Below, one piece after another: positions 17,924 to 27,984 of a stretch of DNA of 64,000 nucleotides; within the stretch, counting starts at the first letter, position 1, and every line of letters starts with the position of its first letter. Source of the stretch: an uncultured Collinsella sp. (GTDB lineage: Bacteria; Actinomycetota; Coriobacteriia; Coriobacteriales; Coriobacteriaceae); the NCBI GenBank assembly GCA_905210085.1, contig CAJLVJ010000001.1, positions 95,689 to 159,688 on the forward strand, written 5' to 3'. The notes under the pieces are model-generated. The model was not told where the DNA came from. It worked only from the letters and a program-made list of their open reading frames with translations, and ran no database searches. The position numbers and the translations under genes were made by a program.

Positions 17924-18055
17924 TTTTCGGAAGTATGCGGCAAAATCTGGAACTGCCGACCAGGCCGCAGTTTTACCAACAATTTATCAGGGGTTTTGTT
18001 GCCAAAAAATGTCGTGTGCTCGGCGATCTCGAAATTTGCCGCATACTTCCGAAAA
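17924..18055. repeat. 21-bp perfect inverted repeat pair flanking about 90 bp
   Basis: TTTTCGGAAGTATGCGGCAAA at 17924-17944 is the exact reverse complement of 18035-18055. Confidence 0.6.
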
Positions 18056-18090
18056 GCCGCCCGTGGGCGCTGTGCTCACGGGCGGCTTTT
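18052..18090. terminator. Bidirectional intrinsic terminator between convergent genes
   Basis: AAAAGCCGCCCGTG-loop-CACGGGCGGCTTTT has A and T tracts on both sides. Confidence 0.7.
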
Positions 18091-18137
18091 GCTAACGTTG
18101 CGCTACAAAAGCGCTTGATATGTCCAATAGACAGGTG

Positions 18138-19343
18138 CTACTTGACCTCGATAAGCTCGTACTTGCTCGTGCCCAGGCCGATCTTCTCGGCGTGCGCGAT
18201 GCACGCGCGCCAGTCGGTGTCGGGATGCGTGATGCAGAAGGGATCCTTGGCCTGCTCGCCCTCCAGATGCTCGTGGTTATGCTCCATCTTGGCCGCGCTA
18301 TCGGTGAGCTCGGTGTTGGGCAGCGGCTCGGATGCCATGACGGCATCGGCGCAGGCCTGGTCGATGGCGACCGGGTCGAAGCTCGCGAACATGCCGATGT
18401 CGTTGACGATAGGCGTGTCGTTTTCGGGATGGCAATCGCAGTTGGGGCTGATATCCATGGCAAGCGAGATGTGGAAGCTCGGGCGGCCGTCGACAACGGC
18501 CTTGGTGTACTCGGCGATCTTGCAGTTGAGCACGTCGGCCGCGGCTTCATAACCGGGCTTGATGGCGTCCTGGTTGCACACGCCGATGCAGCGGCCGCAG
18601 CCCACGCAGCGATCGTGGTCGATGGCGGCCACGCGCACCGTGCGGGTGTTGCCGTTGGCAAGCTCGCGCTCGCGGGTATCATCAAACGAGATAGCGTTGT
18701 GCGCGCAGATCTTTTCGCAGGCACGGCAGCCAATGCAGTGCTCGGTCGCGACGTTCGGCTTGCCGGCGGCATGCTGCTCCATCTTGCCGGCACGGCTGCC
18801 GCCGCCCATGCCCAGGTTCTTCATGGCGCCGCCAAAGCCGGCCTGCTCATGGCCTTTAAAGTGGGTGAGGCTGATCACAATATCGGCGTCCATGAGTGCC
18901 TGGCCGATCTTGGCCTCGTGCACGTACTCGCCGCCCTCGACCGGGACGAGCGCCTCGTCGGTACCCTTGAGGCCGTCGGCGATGATGATCTGGCAACCCG
19001 TGGCATACGGGGTAAAGCCGTTCTGATAAGCGGTGTCAATGTGCTCGAGCGCGTTTTTGCGGCTACCGACATAGAGCGTGTTGCAATCGGTGAGGAAGGG
19101 CTTGCCACCCAGCTCCTTCACGACATCCGCGACGGCGCGGGCGTAGTTGGGGCGCAAAAAGCTCAGGTTGCCCAGCTCGCCAAAGTGAATCTTGATAGCG
19201 ACGAACTTGTTCTCAAAGTCGATCTGCTCAATTCCGGCGTGACGGATGAGGCGCTTGAGTTTGTCGAGCTGGCTCTCGCGAGCATGCGTGCGCAGGTTGG
19301 TGAAGTACACCTTAGCGGGTGCTGCGGGTGCAGTTGCGGTCAT
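18138..19343 (-). CDS. DUF362-domain protein with a 2x[4Fe-4S] ferredoxin insert
   Basis: The DUF362-like N-terminus reads KVYFTNLR...FVAIKIHFGE. Two Cys clusters are present: CIGCRACEKIC and CVGCGRCIGVC. Confidence 0.8.
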   Translation of the reverse strand: MTATAPAAPAKVYFTNLRTHARESQLDKLKRLIRHAGIEQIDFENKFVAIKIHFGELGNLSFLRPNYARAVADVVKELGGKPFLTDCNTLYVGSRKNALEHIDTAYQNGFTPYATGCQIIIADGLKGTDEALVPVEGGEYVHEAKIGQALMDADIVISLTHFKGHEQAGFGGAMKNLGMGGGSRAGKMEQHAAGKPNVATEHCIGCRACEKICAHNAISFDDTRERELANGNTRTVRVAAIDHDRCVGCGRCIGVCNQDAIKPGYEAAADVLNCKIAEYTKAVVDGRPSFHISLAMDISPNCDCHPENDTPIVNDIGMFASFDPVAIDQACADAVMASEPLPNTELTDSAAKMEHNHEHLEGEQAKDPFCITHPDTDWRACIAHAEKIGLGTSKYELIEVK

Positions 19344-19425
19344 AGATCTATCCCCTCGGTCTATATGGCGTTACAGACATAGAGGATGGTACCAGTTAAA
19401 GCAGAGTTAATGTCAAGCGCGGCAC

Positions 19426-19626
19426 CTAGTCATTGGGGACAGACTTAAATGACTGAAACCACTCATTGGGGACGGACTTAAATGAGTGCCTCGCCACCTG
19501 GCAGCTAGGGACGTTCCTTTCCCGCCGGCAGTTGGGGACAGTCCTTGTCAGCCCGGCCGACGAGCCGGCGAATCGGCAAAGACCGTCCCCGATGACTAGT
19601 CGTTTAAGAACGTCCCCGATGACTAC
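19426..19626. repeat. Family-1 mosaic repeat, full-length copy C (about 200 bp, imperfect palindrome)
   Basis: It runs from CTAGTCATTGGGGACAGACTTAAATGACT to GACTAGTCGTTTAAGAACGTCCCCGATGACTAC. The internal inverted repeat is GGGGACAGTCCTTG...CAAAGACCGTCCCC. It is colinear with copy D. Confidence 0.75.
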
Positions 19627-22304
19627 TCTTGGACTTTGAGGGCTTCGGCCAGGCTGACGCGCTTGATGGAGCGCGTGTGTAGCAGCGCCACGACCAGGTA
19701 GGTCGCAAAGCCAATGCCGACGCATGCAGCCAAGGACCAAGCGGGCACGTAGATCTCGATATTGCCGTTGTAGGCGAGCAGCATCGAGCGGAAGATGGCC
19801 GTGAGCGAGCCAATAATGACCGGCAGGCTCAGCACGAGCGACGCCGCCACGCACAGTGTGATCGAGCGGATGTACAGGTGCGAGATCTCGCTATCGCGAT
19901 AGCCAAAGACCTTCATGTAGCTAATCGACCGGGCGCTATGGTCGATAACGGCCTTGGTCAGCAGGTACATAAACAGCAGGAAGATAAATACCGCGAGCCC
20001 GATCATCATGCCGATCATTTTGCTCATCATGCCGATGAACTGGTCGCCCACGGCGCGCATGTCGTCGGGCGTGGTGTCGCCGGCAAAGTAACGGGCATCG
20101 AGGTCGAGCTTCTCGTCGCTCACATAGCCGTTAAAGTAGGCGGCGTCGTTGTCGAACAGCTCATTAAAGTCGTCGATACTCATATAGATATTCATATCCG
20201 ACTTGGAGCCCCAGGCACAGTCCTTGCCCGCGTACTCAAGGGAATAATGCTCACCCTCGTACTTGTCGCTGAGTGTGACCTTCTGGCCCTCACTCCAGCC
20301 AAACTTATCGAGCAGACCGCCGCCAAAGACGACGCGCCCATCGCCGACGTCCAGCCCTTTCCAGTAGCGCGAATCGGACGAGATGCCGTAGATGGAAATC
20401 GTCTCCTCGCCATTTCCGTCGCCGCGGTCGTATTGCAGCTGGTAGACGGCGTATTTCTCGGCCTGTGCGATTGCGTCCGCACCGTTGTCGGTCGTATTGA
20501 CCGGGTGAATGTCATCGTTGTCGGTGTCGATCTTAGAGGCCTTGTCGATCAGGCCTATGGCCTCATCGCGGTCGCAGCCGAGGGCATCGGCAAGATCGTC
20601 AAGGCGCGCGTAGAGCGCATCCTTCTTGTCCTGGACCTTGGCGAGCGCGTCCTGCGCCGCGGCCAGGCTCTCGGCAGACGGAGATGCGCTCGCGGTATCG
20701 GCTGCCGTCTGCGCTGCATCGGCCGCGTCGTCAAGCTCGTCATCGGCATCCCGGGCGGCAGAAAGCAGCGCGCCGTCAACCGACTGCAAGCGCTCGAGTG
20801 CCGACCACTGCTCGCGCTCCTCGGTAGTGCCCTCGAGCTCCAGCGGCGCCTTGAGCGTGTACTGGTGCTCGGCGACCAGGCTTGTCTCGAGGTTGTCGGC
20901 GTAGTGCGTCATCGTGGGCAGAATCGCCAGGCCAAAGAGCAGCAGCAGCGACGCAAACGCAATGCCCACGAAGAGCGTGGCAAAGTTGCCCAGGTTGCGC
21001 AGGAAGATACGCAGGCGGAAGCGGGAAACAAAACCCATGCGCTCCGGCAGCTGCAAGCCGCGCTTGGTGCCCGATTTGCCGCTCGCCTCGTGACGAAGGA
21101 ACTGCAACGGCGTCTTGCCCATTTTGCGAAGCAGGCCCACCAGCGTGATGAGGATGAGCGCGGCGGCGGGAACCACGGCGCACTTCACAAAGATCTCCCA
21201 GCTCCAGTACACCTGGAAGGGCGGCAGGCTGTACGACCCGTAATAGAGGCTGCGCATGGGCTCGGTAAAGAACACAACGCCGAGCGCAGTGCCCAAAAGC
21301 GCCGCGACCACGCCCAAGATGGCGGGAAGCGCAAGGTAGTGCAGCACGATCTCGCGTCGACGATAGCCGCTGGCGAGCAGCGTGCCGATGATGGCGCTCT
21401 CCTCCTCGATGGTGGCGTCGGTAAGGACCACAAAGACGAACGCCATGATCACGATAATAATGTCGAGCAGCGTCATCCACATCATGGAGTCGCCGTCCAC
21501 GTCGTCGCGGGCGTAGCCAATGCCCTGGTTGGAATCGGCGTCGATGAGCTCATCTACGCGTGCATCGGCATCGGTCAGCGCCTCCACCATATCCTGCTCC
21601 GCATCGATGCGGTCCGCGGTGGAGAGGTCGCGGTCGTTAAGGGTGAAGGAGTAGGTGTAGGCGGGTGCGCCGCCGGCGTCCTCGAGCGCGGCAAAGCCGG
21701 CATCGGTAACCTCGGCAACACCGTACGTAATGGTGTTCACCGTAAAGTCCGAATTGTTGAGGAACAGCGCCTGGCTATCGGGCTGGGTCATGATGCCGCA
21801 GATGGTGTAGGTTCTGCCCTCGAGCTCGACCTTATCGCCCACGGACAGGTTGTTATTGGTAGCAAAGACACGGTCGATGGCCACCTCGTCGTCCGCCTTA
21901 GGCTGCCTACCTTCGCAGTAGGACGCGATATCGACCTTGGTGCGGTGCGCATAGGTGCGCAGCGTGCGCTTGGTGCCGTCGTCGCCGGCGGTCTTTTTGA
22001 TGATGGCGTCGATGGAGAAATTCTTGTAGAGTGTGATGCCGCCGACGTCGCCGGCTGCATCCTCGGCTGCCCTGAGCTGGTCTTTGGTGGCCTCGAAGGA
22101 GGTGGTCACGCGGCCGTCCTCGATCGTGTACGCATCGCGCATGTCGTCGATAAGGCAACCGATGGAATGCGCCGCGAGCAAAAAGCCCGAGGTGAGAGCG
22201 ATGCTTCCGCACATAAGCAAAAAGATGCCCAGGTACTTGCCGATATTGCGGCGCAGCTCGCGCGGGAGACGTTTTGCGAGAGGTGTCATGGCGCCGCCTA
22301 CCAA
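19623..22304 (-). CDS. ABC transporter permease with two FtsX-type domains (MacB-like, 893 aa)
   Basis: Two 4-TM FtsX-like blocks are separated by large extracytoplasmic regions. The start overlaps the stop of the ATPase gene. Confidence 0.85.
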   Translation of the reverse strand: MVGGAMTPLAKRLPRELRRNIGKYLGIFLLMCGSIALTSGFLLAAHSIGCLIDDMRDAYTIEDGRVTTSFEATKDQLRAAEDAAGDVGGITLYKNFSIDAIIKKTAGDDGTKRTLRTYAHRTKVDIASYCEGRQPKADDEVAIDRVFATNNNLSVGDKVELEGRTYTICGIMTQPDSQALFLNNSDFTVNTITYGVAEVTDAGFAALEDAGGAPAYTYSFTLNDRDLSTADRIDAEQDMVEALTDADARVDELIDADSNQGIGYARDDVDGDSMMWMTLLDIIIVIMAFVFVVLTDATIEEESAIIGTLLASGYRRREIVLHYLALPAILGVVAALLGTALGVVFFTEPMRSLYYGSYSLPPFQVYWSWEIFVKCAVVPAAALILITLVGLLRKMGKTPLQFLRHEASGKSGTKRGLQLPERMGFVSRFRLRIFLRNLGNFATLFVGIAFASLLLLFGLAILPTMTHYADNLETSLVAEHQYTLKAPLELEGTTEEREQWSALERLQSVDGALLSAARDADDELDDAADAAQTAADTASASPSAESLAAAQDALAKVQDKKDALYARLDDLADALGCDRDEAIGLIDKASKIDTDNDDIHPVNTTDNGADAIAQAEKYAVYQLQYDRGDGNGEETISIYGISSDSRYWKGLDVGDGRVVFGGGLLDKFGWSEGQKVTLSDKYEGEHYSLEYAGKDCAWGSKSDMNIYMSIDDFNELFDNDAAYFNGYVSDEKLDLDARYFAGDTTPDDMRAVGDQFIGMMSKMIGMMIGLAVFIFLLFMYLLTKAVIDHSARSISYMKVFGYRDSEISHLYIRSITLCVAASLVLSLPVIIGSLTAIFRSMLLAYNGNIEIYVPAWSLAACVGIGFATYLVVALLHTRSIKRVSLAEALKVQE

Positions 22305-23011
22305 TCGAGCTCGGCGGCCGCGACGGGCGACTCGTTGAGTTCATCCTCGACAATGCGACCGTCGCGCAGGCGCAGCACGCGATTGGCCATGCGCGCGATG
22401 GCGGCATTGTGGGTGACGATGATGATGGTGCAGCCGTACTCGTGATTGACATCCTCCATGAGCTGCAAGATTTCCTTGGACGTCTTGTAGTCGAGCGCAC
22501 CCGTGGGCTCGTCGCACAGCAGCAGACCCGGGTTTTTGACGAGTGCGCGGCCGATGGCACAGCGTTGCTGCTGGCCGCCCGAGACCTGGCGCGGGAACTT
22601 GTTGCGGTGCTCGTAGAGGCCCAGCGAGCGTAGCAGGTCGTCAATGTTGAGCGGGTTTTTGGACAGGTGCGCCGTGACCTCGATGTTCTCCTTGATGGTG
22701 AGATCGGGCACCAGGTTGTAGAACTGGAAGACAAAGCCCAGCTCGCGGCGGCGGTACTCACCCAGGTCGGCGGGCTTGAGCACTGTGAGGTCGCAGCCGT
22801 CCACCATGATGGAGCCGGCGTCGGCATCCTCCAGGCCACCGATCAGGTTAAGAAACGTCGACTTGCCCGAGCCCGAGGGCCCTAGCATGACGCAGATCTC
22901 TCCGCGGTTGATGGACGTGTCGATGCCGTCGAGCACCGTCAGGCGCGCATCACCGTCGCCGTAGTGCTTCTTGAGCCCCTTGACCTGGACGTAGGCTTGC
23001 TTCGTCGCCAT
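22298..23011 (-). CDS. ABC transporter ATP-binding protein (MacB/LolD type)
   Basis: Walker A is GPSGSGKST, the signature is VSGGQQQR and Walker B is LLLCDEPT. The start is at MATKQAY, preceded by GGGGGA. Confidence 0.9.
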   Translation of the reverse strand: MATKQAYVQVKGLKKHYGDGDARLTVLDGIDTSINRGEICVMLGPSGSGKSTFLNLIGGLEDADAGSIMVDGCDLTVLKPADLGEYRRRELGFVFQFYNLVPDLTIKENIEVTAHLSKNPLNIDDLLRSLGLYEHRNKFPRQVSGGQQQRCAIGRALVKNPGLLLCDEPTGALDYKTSKEILQLMEDVNHEYGCTIIIVTHNAAIARMANRVLRLRDGRIVEDELNESPVAAAELDW

Positions 23012-23104
23012 GCTATCCCCCATTGTTAGCCTTGTACTACTTTATGAGGGTAATAGTAAACCTTGGCGAACTATTTTTGGGCGAGGCCTGGGATTTATTT
23101 CAGA

Positions 23105-23288
23105 CTAGTCATTGGGGACGTTCTTAAATGACTAGTCGCTGGGGACACTCTTTCGCCGCCCGGCAGTTGGGGACGTTCCTTTCCTACCGGCAGTTGGGGA
23201 CAGTCCTTGGCAACCCGACCGGCAAGCCGGCGGTTCGGCAAAGACTGTCCCCGATGACTAGTCGTTTAAGTCTGTCCCCAATGAGTAC
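23105..23288. repeat. Family-1 mosaic repeat, full-length copy D (about 184 bp)
   Basis: It has the same module order and orientation as copy C. The shared core runs from CGGCAGTTGGGGACGTTCCTTTCC through GACTAGTCGTTTAAG. Confidence 0.75.
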
Positions 23289-23303
23289 CCAATGACTAGG
23301 TGG

Positions 23304-24509
23304 CTAGGCGTGGGATTTGGTGCGTGCGAGGGCTAGGCCTACGGCGGCGATGGCCACGGCAAAGAGTGCCGTGACGCCCAGATCGCAGGCGATGTCGCCC
23401 AGCACGGTGGACGTCAGGTCCGCGGCGAGTGCCTTGCTGATCGCGTCGTTCACCCAATATGTCGGCACAAAATGCGCCACCGTCTGCACGGCCGGGCCCA
23501 TCAGCGACAGGGGCATCCAGGCGCCGCCCAAAAACGTCATGAGCATGCCGAGTAAGTTGCCCACGCCGTTGAGCAGCTCCTCGCGTGCGCCCAAGCTCGA
23601 CAGCGTAAAGCCAACGGCCAGCGGCGTGCACGCCAGGGCAAACGTCGCCGCCAGCGCCAGACACACACGACCCACGCCGACCTCGGCGACCGCACCGGCA
23701 AAGCCCACGACGCCCATCATGCTCGATACAAACCAGATGCAGACGGTGAGCACGGCGGCGGCCGCAAACACGGCAAGCGAACGCTGGCGCTCGGAGACCG
23801 GGCCGGCCTCCATGCGGCGCACGCGCTCGGGCTCGTTCATGCCCGAGAACACCAATCCCACCGACACGATGACCGACGAGATAATCGCGTACGCGCCAAA
23901 GTTGAAATACGACTCGAGCGTGGCGGCGGCTGTCGAGTCAACCTTGACCTGCTCGATCTCGACCTTGGCGCGCTTCGCGGCCGCATGCTCGGCCGCCTTG
24001 GCAACATCGCCGTTGGGGGCAGCGGGCTCAAGTGCCGCCGCAGCGCCCGCGAGCGAGATCCAGCGCGAGGCCTCGGCAGACGAAAGCGCCGCCGCCATGG
24101 TGCCGGCACCGTAGGTCACATCGAGCTTGGGCAGAGACTCCCCCGCTCGGGCGGCTGCAACGAGGTCGTCCTCAAACCCCTCCGGGATAAAGAACACGCA
24201 GTCGGCGCTACCCTTGGCGCTGTTGCTCTTGGAGAGCGCGTCCGCAAGGTCGTAGGTGTCGTCGCCGACGCCCGTGACCAGCTCAAAACGAGAACCCAGA
24301 TGCTTGGTAAGCGCACGCGAAAGGTCGCTGTCATCGCGGTCGACCACGATCACGTTGGTGTCGTAGGGCTTGTACTCGGTAAGCTGCGACGAGTTCCAGC
24401 TCACCGAGGCCGCGATGAATACGCCCATGAGCGAGATGAACACCGTATAGATGAGCAGGTAGAACGGGTGCGCCAACGCCATGCGAAGCGCGGTCTTAAA
24501 GGTGCTCAT
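23304..24509 (-). CDS. ABC-2-type transporter permease
   Basis: It has an N-terminal TM helix, a large loop and a C-terminal 5-TM ABC-2-like block. The start is at MSTFKTAL, preceded by GGAAGGAG. Confidence 0.75.
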   Translation of the reverse strand: MSTFKTALRMALAHPFYLLIYTVFISLMGVFIAASVSWNSSQLTEYKPYDTNVIVVDRDDSDLSRALTKHLGSRFELVTGVGDDTYDLADALSKSNSAKGSADCVFFIPEGFEDDLVAAARAGESLPKLDVTYGAGTMAAALSSAEASRWISLAGAAAALEPAAPNGDVAKAAEHAAAKRAKVEIEQVKVDSTAAATLESYFNFGAYAIISSVIVSVGLVFSGMNEPERVRRMEAGPVSERQRSLAVFAAAAVLTVCIWFVSSMMGVVGFAGAVAEVGVGRVCLALAATFALACTPLAVGFTLSSLGAREELLNGVGNLLGMLMTFLGGAWMPLSLMGPAVQTVAHFVPTYWVNDAISKALAADLTSTVLGDIACDLGVTALFAVAIAAVGLALARTKSHA

Positions 24510-25683
24510 AACGGCTCCTTCCAAAGATCAGCGTAGCGGCGGCGACAAACACCAGGGCTATCAGGACGAGCGCGCCGGCGCGGACGGCAAAGGGCCCCAG
24601 GTCCTCAAAGAAATACAGGCGATTGAACATGTCGCAGATGAGCTTGACGGGGTTGAGCCAGCACTCGGCCGGGCAGGCGCGGGCGACGTCGTCGGCAAGC
24701 GCCATCGCCGGCTCGCCGTAGAGGCCGGCGAACAGGGCGCACGTGGTGGCAAAGCCCGTGAGGATGCCCGACTTGGACGCCTTGCCACCCTTAACAGGAA
24801 GCGTGCCCACAAAGAGCCCCAGGCCCGTGGCGGCAAGCGCGGATGCAGCACCGCCCAGCAGGCACAGCCCCTCGCGCCCGCCAAAGTCGACGCCAACGAC
24901 TAGGCGCACGTAGCTAATCGCGACCGCCATCGAGGCAAAGGAAACCAACCACGAGCCGACAAAGATGCCGGCTAGCGACGCCGTCTTGGAAAGACCGCCC
25001 ACACAGCGACGCGCACCAAGGCCCGACAGATTGGGCTGCAGATCGACGACGCTCAAGGCGGCAAACTCGGCAGACATCATCGCGACCAGGCCAAAGAGCG
25101 CGTAGTAGTAGATGACCGTACCATCGGGCGTGGTGCGTGTCAGACTTACGCGGCGGGTGCCACCCTCGAGCGACAGGGCGCGCGCAACCGCCTCCGGGTC
25201 GGCGAGCGCCGCCGGGTTGTCTTGGGCAATCTGGGACATGAGCTCGGCATTTTGTGTATACGAGCTTGCCACCGTCTCCAGAATGCTGCGGTCGGTGAGC
25301 ACCGACGACGCACGTGAGTTGTCATAGCTCGAAAGCAGCGTGAGCCTGGGCGTGCCCGCGTCGTCGACCGTATAGATGCCCGCGACCTCGCCGGCCTTGA
25401 GCGCACGGCTCGCATCGGCTGCGTCGTCGCACTCGTGGATCTCGAGCAGCTGGTCGTCGCTCTCCTTGGCAAGCGACGTCGCCACGTCCTTAAAGGTCGA
25501 GGCGTCCCAGGCCTCGTCCGCCACGACGGCAACCGGCACCGGATCGACCGTGCCGTCGGAGCTGAGGTTCGCAAACATAAACATGAACATCGTGGAAAGC
25601 GCGACGGGAAAGACCGCGCCCCAAACCCATGTGCTCGGCCGGCGCAGCAGCGCCTTAACCGTGGTGATGATGGTGTTGTACAT
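24496..25683 (-). CDS. ABC-2-type transporter permease (paralogous partner)
   Basis: The architecture matches the neighbouring permease, and the ATG is preceded by AGGGGG. Confidence 0.75.
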   Translation of the reverse strand: MYNTIITTVKALLRRPSTWVWGAVFPVALSTMFMFMFANLSSDGTVDPVPVAVVADEAWDASTFKDVATSLAKESDDQLLEIHECDDAADASRALKAGEVAGIYTVDDAGTPRLTLLSSYDNSRASSVLTDRSILETVASSYTQNAELMSQIAQDNPAALADPEAVARALSLEGGTRRVSLTRTTPDGTVIYYYALFGLVAMMSAEFAALSVVDLQPNLSGLGARRCVGGLSKTASLAGIFVGSWLVSFASMAVAISYVRLVVGVDFGGREGLCLLGGAASALAATGLGLFVGTLPVKGGKASKSGILTGFATTCALFAGLYGEPAMALADDVARACPAECWLNPVKLICDMFNRLYFFEDLGPFAVRAGALVLIALVFVAAATLIFGRSRYEHL

Positions 25684-25692
25684 GACTGCCCC

Positions 25693-26631
25693 CTAGTCGC
25701 GCAGCTCGCGGCCGGTGATCTCGAGGAACACGTCGTTGAGGGTCGGTGGCTCGCTCCACACGCGGCCGAGCGCAACGTCGGCAGCGCGCAGCGTGTCGAG
25801 AATGTCGACCAGGTTGTGCGGGCTCGCCTCGCAGGTGCAGACGAGCTCGCCGCCGGACAGCTCGACGCTGAGCACGTGCTCGAGGGCGCGCAGTCGCTCG
25901 ACCGTGGCGGGCTCGACGGCGCCCACCTCGACGGTCACGCGCTCGCCCATCTGAATCATTCGCTTGAGCTCGTCGTTGGTACCCTGCGCCAGCACGCGCC
26001 CGCCGTCCATAATCATGATGCGGCTGCAGATCTGCTCGACTTCCTCCATGTAATGGCTGGTATACACCACCGTGGCGCCCTCGTCGCGCAGGCGGCAGAT
26101 GCCCTCCAGGATGGCGTTGCGGCTCTGCGGGTCGACCGCCACCGTGGGCTCGTCAAAAAAGATAAGCTCGGGCTTGTGCGCGATACCGCAGGCAATGTTG
26201 AGGCGACGCGCCAGGCCACCCGAGAGCTTGCCGGGGCGGAACTTGGTAAAGTCGCCCAGCCCGACAAAGTCGATCGCCTCGTCCACCAGCGCGCGGCGGC
26301 GCTTGCGGTCGTTGACGTAGAGGCTGCAGAAATAGTCAATGTTCTCGCGCACCGTGAGCTCGTCGAATACCGCCACCTGCTGCGGCACCACGCCGATGCG
26401 GCGCTTGAGGTCGTAGCGGGCGGGTGTCATGGGCTCGCCGAACAGCTCGATGGTGCCCTTGTCGTAAGCGAGCAGCTGCAAAATGCAGTTGATGGACGTG
26501 GTCTTGCCCGAGCCGTTGGGTCCGAGCAGGCCAAAGATCTCGCCGGGGGCGATGCTCAGGTTAAAGTGGTCGAGCGCGATAAGATCGTCGTAGCGCTTGA
26601 CGAGGTTTTCGACGTGGACGATGTCCGTCAT
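25693..26631 (-). CDS. ABC transporter ATP-binding protein (ABC-2 / DrrA-like)
   Basis: Walker A is GPNGSGKTT, the signature is LSGGLARR and Walker B is LIFFDEPT. Confidence 0.9.
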   Translation of the reverse strand: MTDIVHVENLVKRYDDLIALDHFNLSIAPGEIFGLLGPNGSGKTTSINCILQLLAYDKGTIELFGEPMTPARYDLKRRIGVVPQQVAVFDELTVRENIDYFCSLYVNDRKRRRALVDEAIDFVGLGDFTKFRPGKLSGGLARRLNIACGIAHKPELIFFDEPTVAVDPQSRNAILEGICRLRDEGATVVYTSHYMEEVEQICSRIMIMDGGRVLAQGTNDELKRMIQMGERVTVEVGAVEPATVERLRALEHVLSVELSGGELVCTCEASPHNLVDILDTLRAADVALGRVWSEPPTLNDVFLEITGRELRD

Positions 26632-26829
26632 GAGGCGGCCCTTCTGTTGATTGCGGCCCGGTACGATTGCATCATCGCAGGAGCCGCCGGCGCGCGCCAG
26701 TGAGCTTTGTCACGAGTGCGAGGGGGCGGAGGCGAAACCCCCGCTCGCGCGAGCGATCGTCCCCGCTTTGCCGCGCGGGAGGAATGTCACAGTTGCGCAG
26801 GCAGCCCCTCCACCACGCGCGGCTTCGCG

Positions 26830-26844
26830 TACAATACCCGTATG
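26830..26844 (+). promoter_or_regulatory. Candidate -10 box (TACAAT) placed for a leaderless histidine-kinase mRNA
   Basis: TACAAT at 26830-26835 ends 6 nt before the ATG at 26842, and there is no Shine-Dalgarno sequence between them. Confidence 0.3.
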
Positions 26845-27984
26845 AACAGGCTTTTCGACAAATCGATCGTGCTGGCGTGCTGTATTGCGGCCGCCACGGG
26901 CCTTGCTGTGGACGCTTGCCTGGTCGCGGCGTTTTGCCTTGGAGTTATCGCCACCTCGCTGGCCGAGGTCGCACAGGGAGAACGCACGCGCCGTGTAAGC
27001 GAGGCCGCGAGTTACGCTTACATCATCGCGGCCGTCTTTGTGCCGCCGTTTGTGCCGTTTGCGCCTCTCGCCCTTTATGACATCGCGCGGCGCGTGCGCC
27101 GCGAACACGCCTGGGTCGCGCTGGGCATTGGTTCCGTCTTTGCCTTTGCGCTCGTCGCGGACCTTCGCACCGACGTGCTCACCTCCCGAACGCTCCTGCT
27201 GACCGCCATCCTTTCGGTTGCCGCCACCTTGCTATCGCTACGTACCGCCCAGTTGGAGCGCGAGCAGCGGCACATGCGCCGCACCCGCGACGAGCTGCAG
27301 GAACGAGCCCTCGCGCTCGAAGCGCGCAACCGCGATCTTGCCGACCGCCAGGACTACGAAGTCGAGCTCGCGACGCTCGCCGAACGCGCCCGCATCGCGC
27401 GCGAAATCCACGATAACGTGGGCCACCAGCTCACGCGCGCCTCACTGCAGGCCGAAGCCTTGCGCGTGGTCCATGCCGACGAGCCCGGCGTCGCCGCCGA
27501 TTTCGCCGACGTCAAACGCACGGTTGACGAGGCGCTCCAGCTTGTGCGCACCAGCGTCCACGCGCTCAACGACAACGCCGTCGACCTTTCCGTGCAGCTC
27601 GAACGCATTGTCGAAGGCGCGCGCTCGGACGGCGGTCCGCAGATTGAGCTTGAAGTTATGGCCGAGCATGCACCCGCAAACGTCGCCAACTGCTTTGCGG
27701 CGGTCCTGCGCGAGGCGCTCTCCAACACCATGCGCCACGCTTGCGCCCATGCTGTCACTGTACGATGCATGGAGCATCCGTCGTTTTACCAGCTCATCGT
27801 TACCGACGATGGCACGGGCGGGGTCCAAGCAAGCAGCCGCGGCGCCGCGGAGGGCATGGGGCTTGCCTCCATGCGCGAGCGCATCGAGGCGCTTGGCGGC
27901 ACCTTCACCGCCGGCCCGCGTGTCGGCACCGGCGGCTGGCGCGTGTTTGCCACCGTTCCCAAACAGCAAGGAGATGAGGACTGA
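26842..27984 (+). CDS. Sensor histidine kinase, HisKA_3 (NarL/DesK-type) family
   Basis: N-terminal TM helices are followed by a coiled-coil, then the EIHDNVGHQLT H-box and a HATPase_c region (NTMRHA...DDGTG...GMGL). The start is set at MNRLFDKS rather than the 45-aa Arg-rich upstream extension. Confidence 0.85.
   Translation: MNRLFDKSIVLACCIAAATGLAVDACLVAAFCLGVIATSLAEVAQGERTRRVSEAASYAYIIAAVFVPPFVPFAPLALYDIARRVRREHAWVALGIGSVFAFALVADLRTDVLTSRTLLLTAILSVAATLLSLRTAQLEREQRHMRRTRDELQERALALEARNRDLADRQDYEVELATLAERARIAREIHDNVGHQLTRASLQAEALRVVHADEPGVAADFADVKRTVDEALQLVRTSVHALNDNAVDLSVQLERIVEGARSDGGPQIELEVMAEHAPANVANCFAAVLREALSNTMRHACAHAVTVRCMEHPSFYQLIVTDDGTGGVQASSRGAAEGMGLASMRERIEALGGTFTAGPRVGTGGWRVFATVPKQQGDED

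Noticed and set aside
26707-26841. The upstream extension of the histidine kinase ORF, and similar Arg/Pro-rich N-terminal extensions at 2300-2368, 4524-4556, 8717-8788, 41897-42073, 42745-42795, 44563-44637, 47047-47268 and 60853-60951.
   Set aside because: The extensions lack RBS support and have non-protein-like composition. Internal ATGs with good Shine-Dalgarno sequences coincide with the conserved family N-termini.
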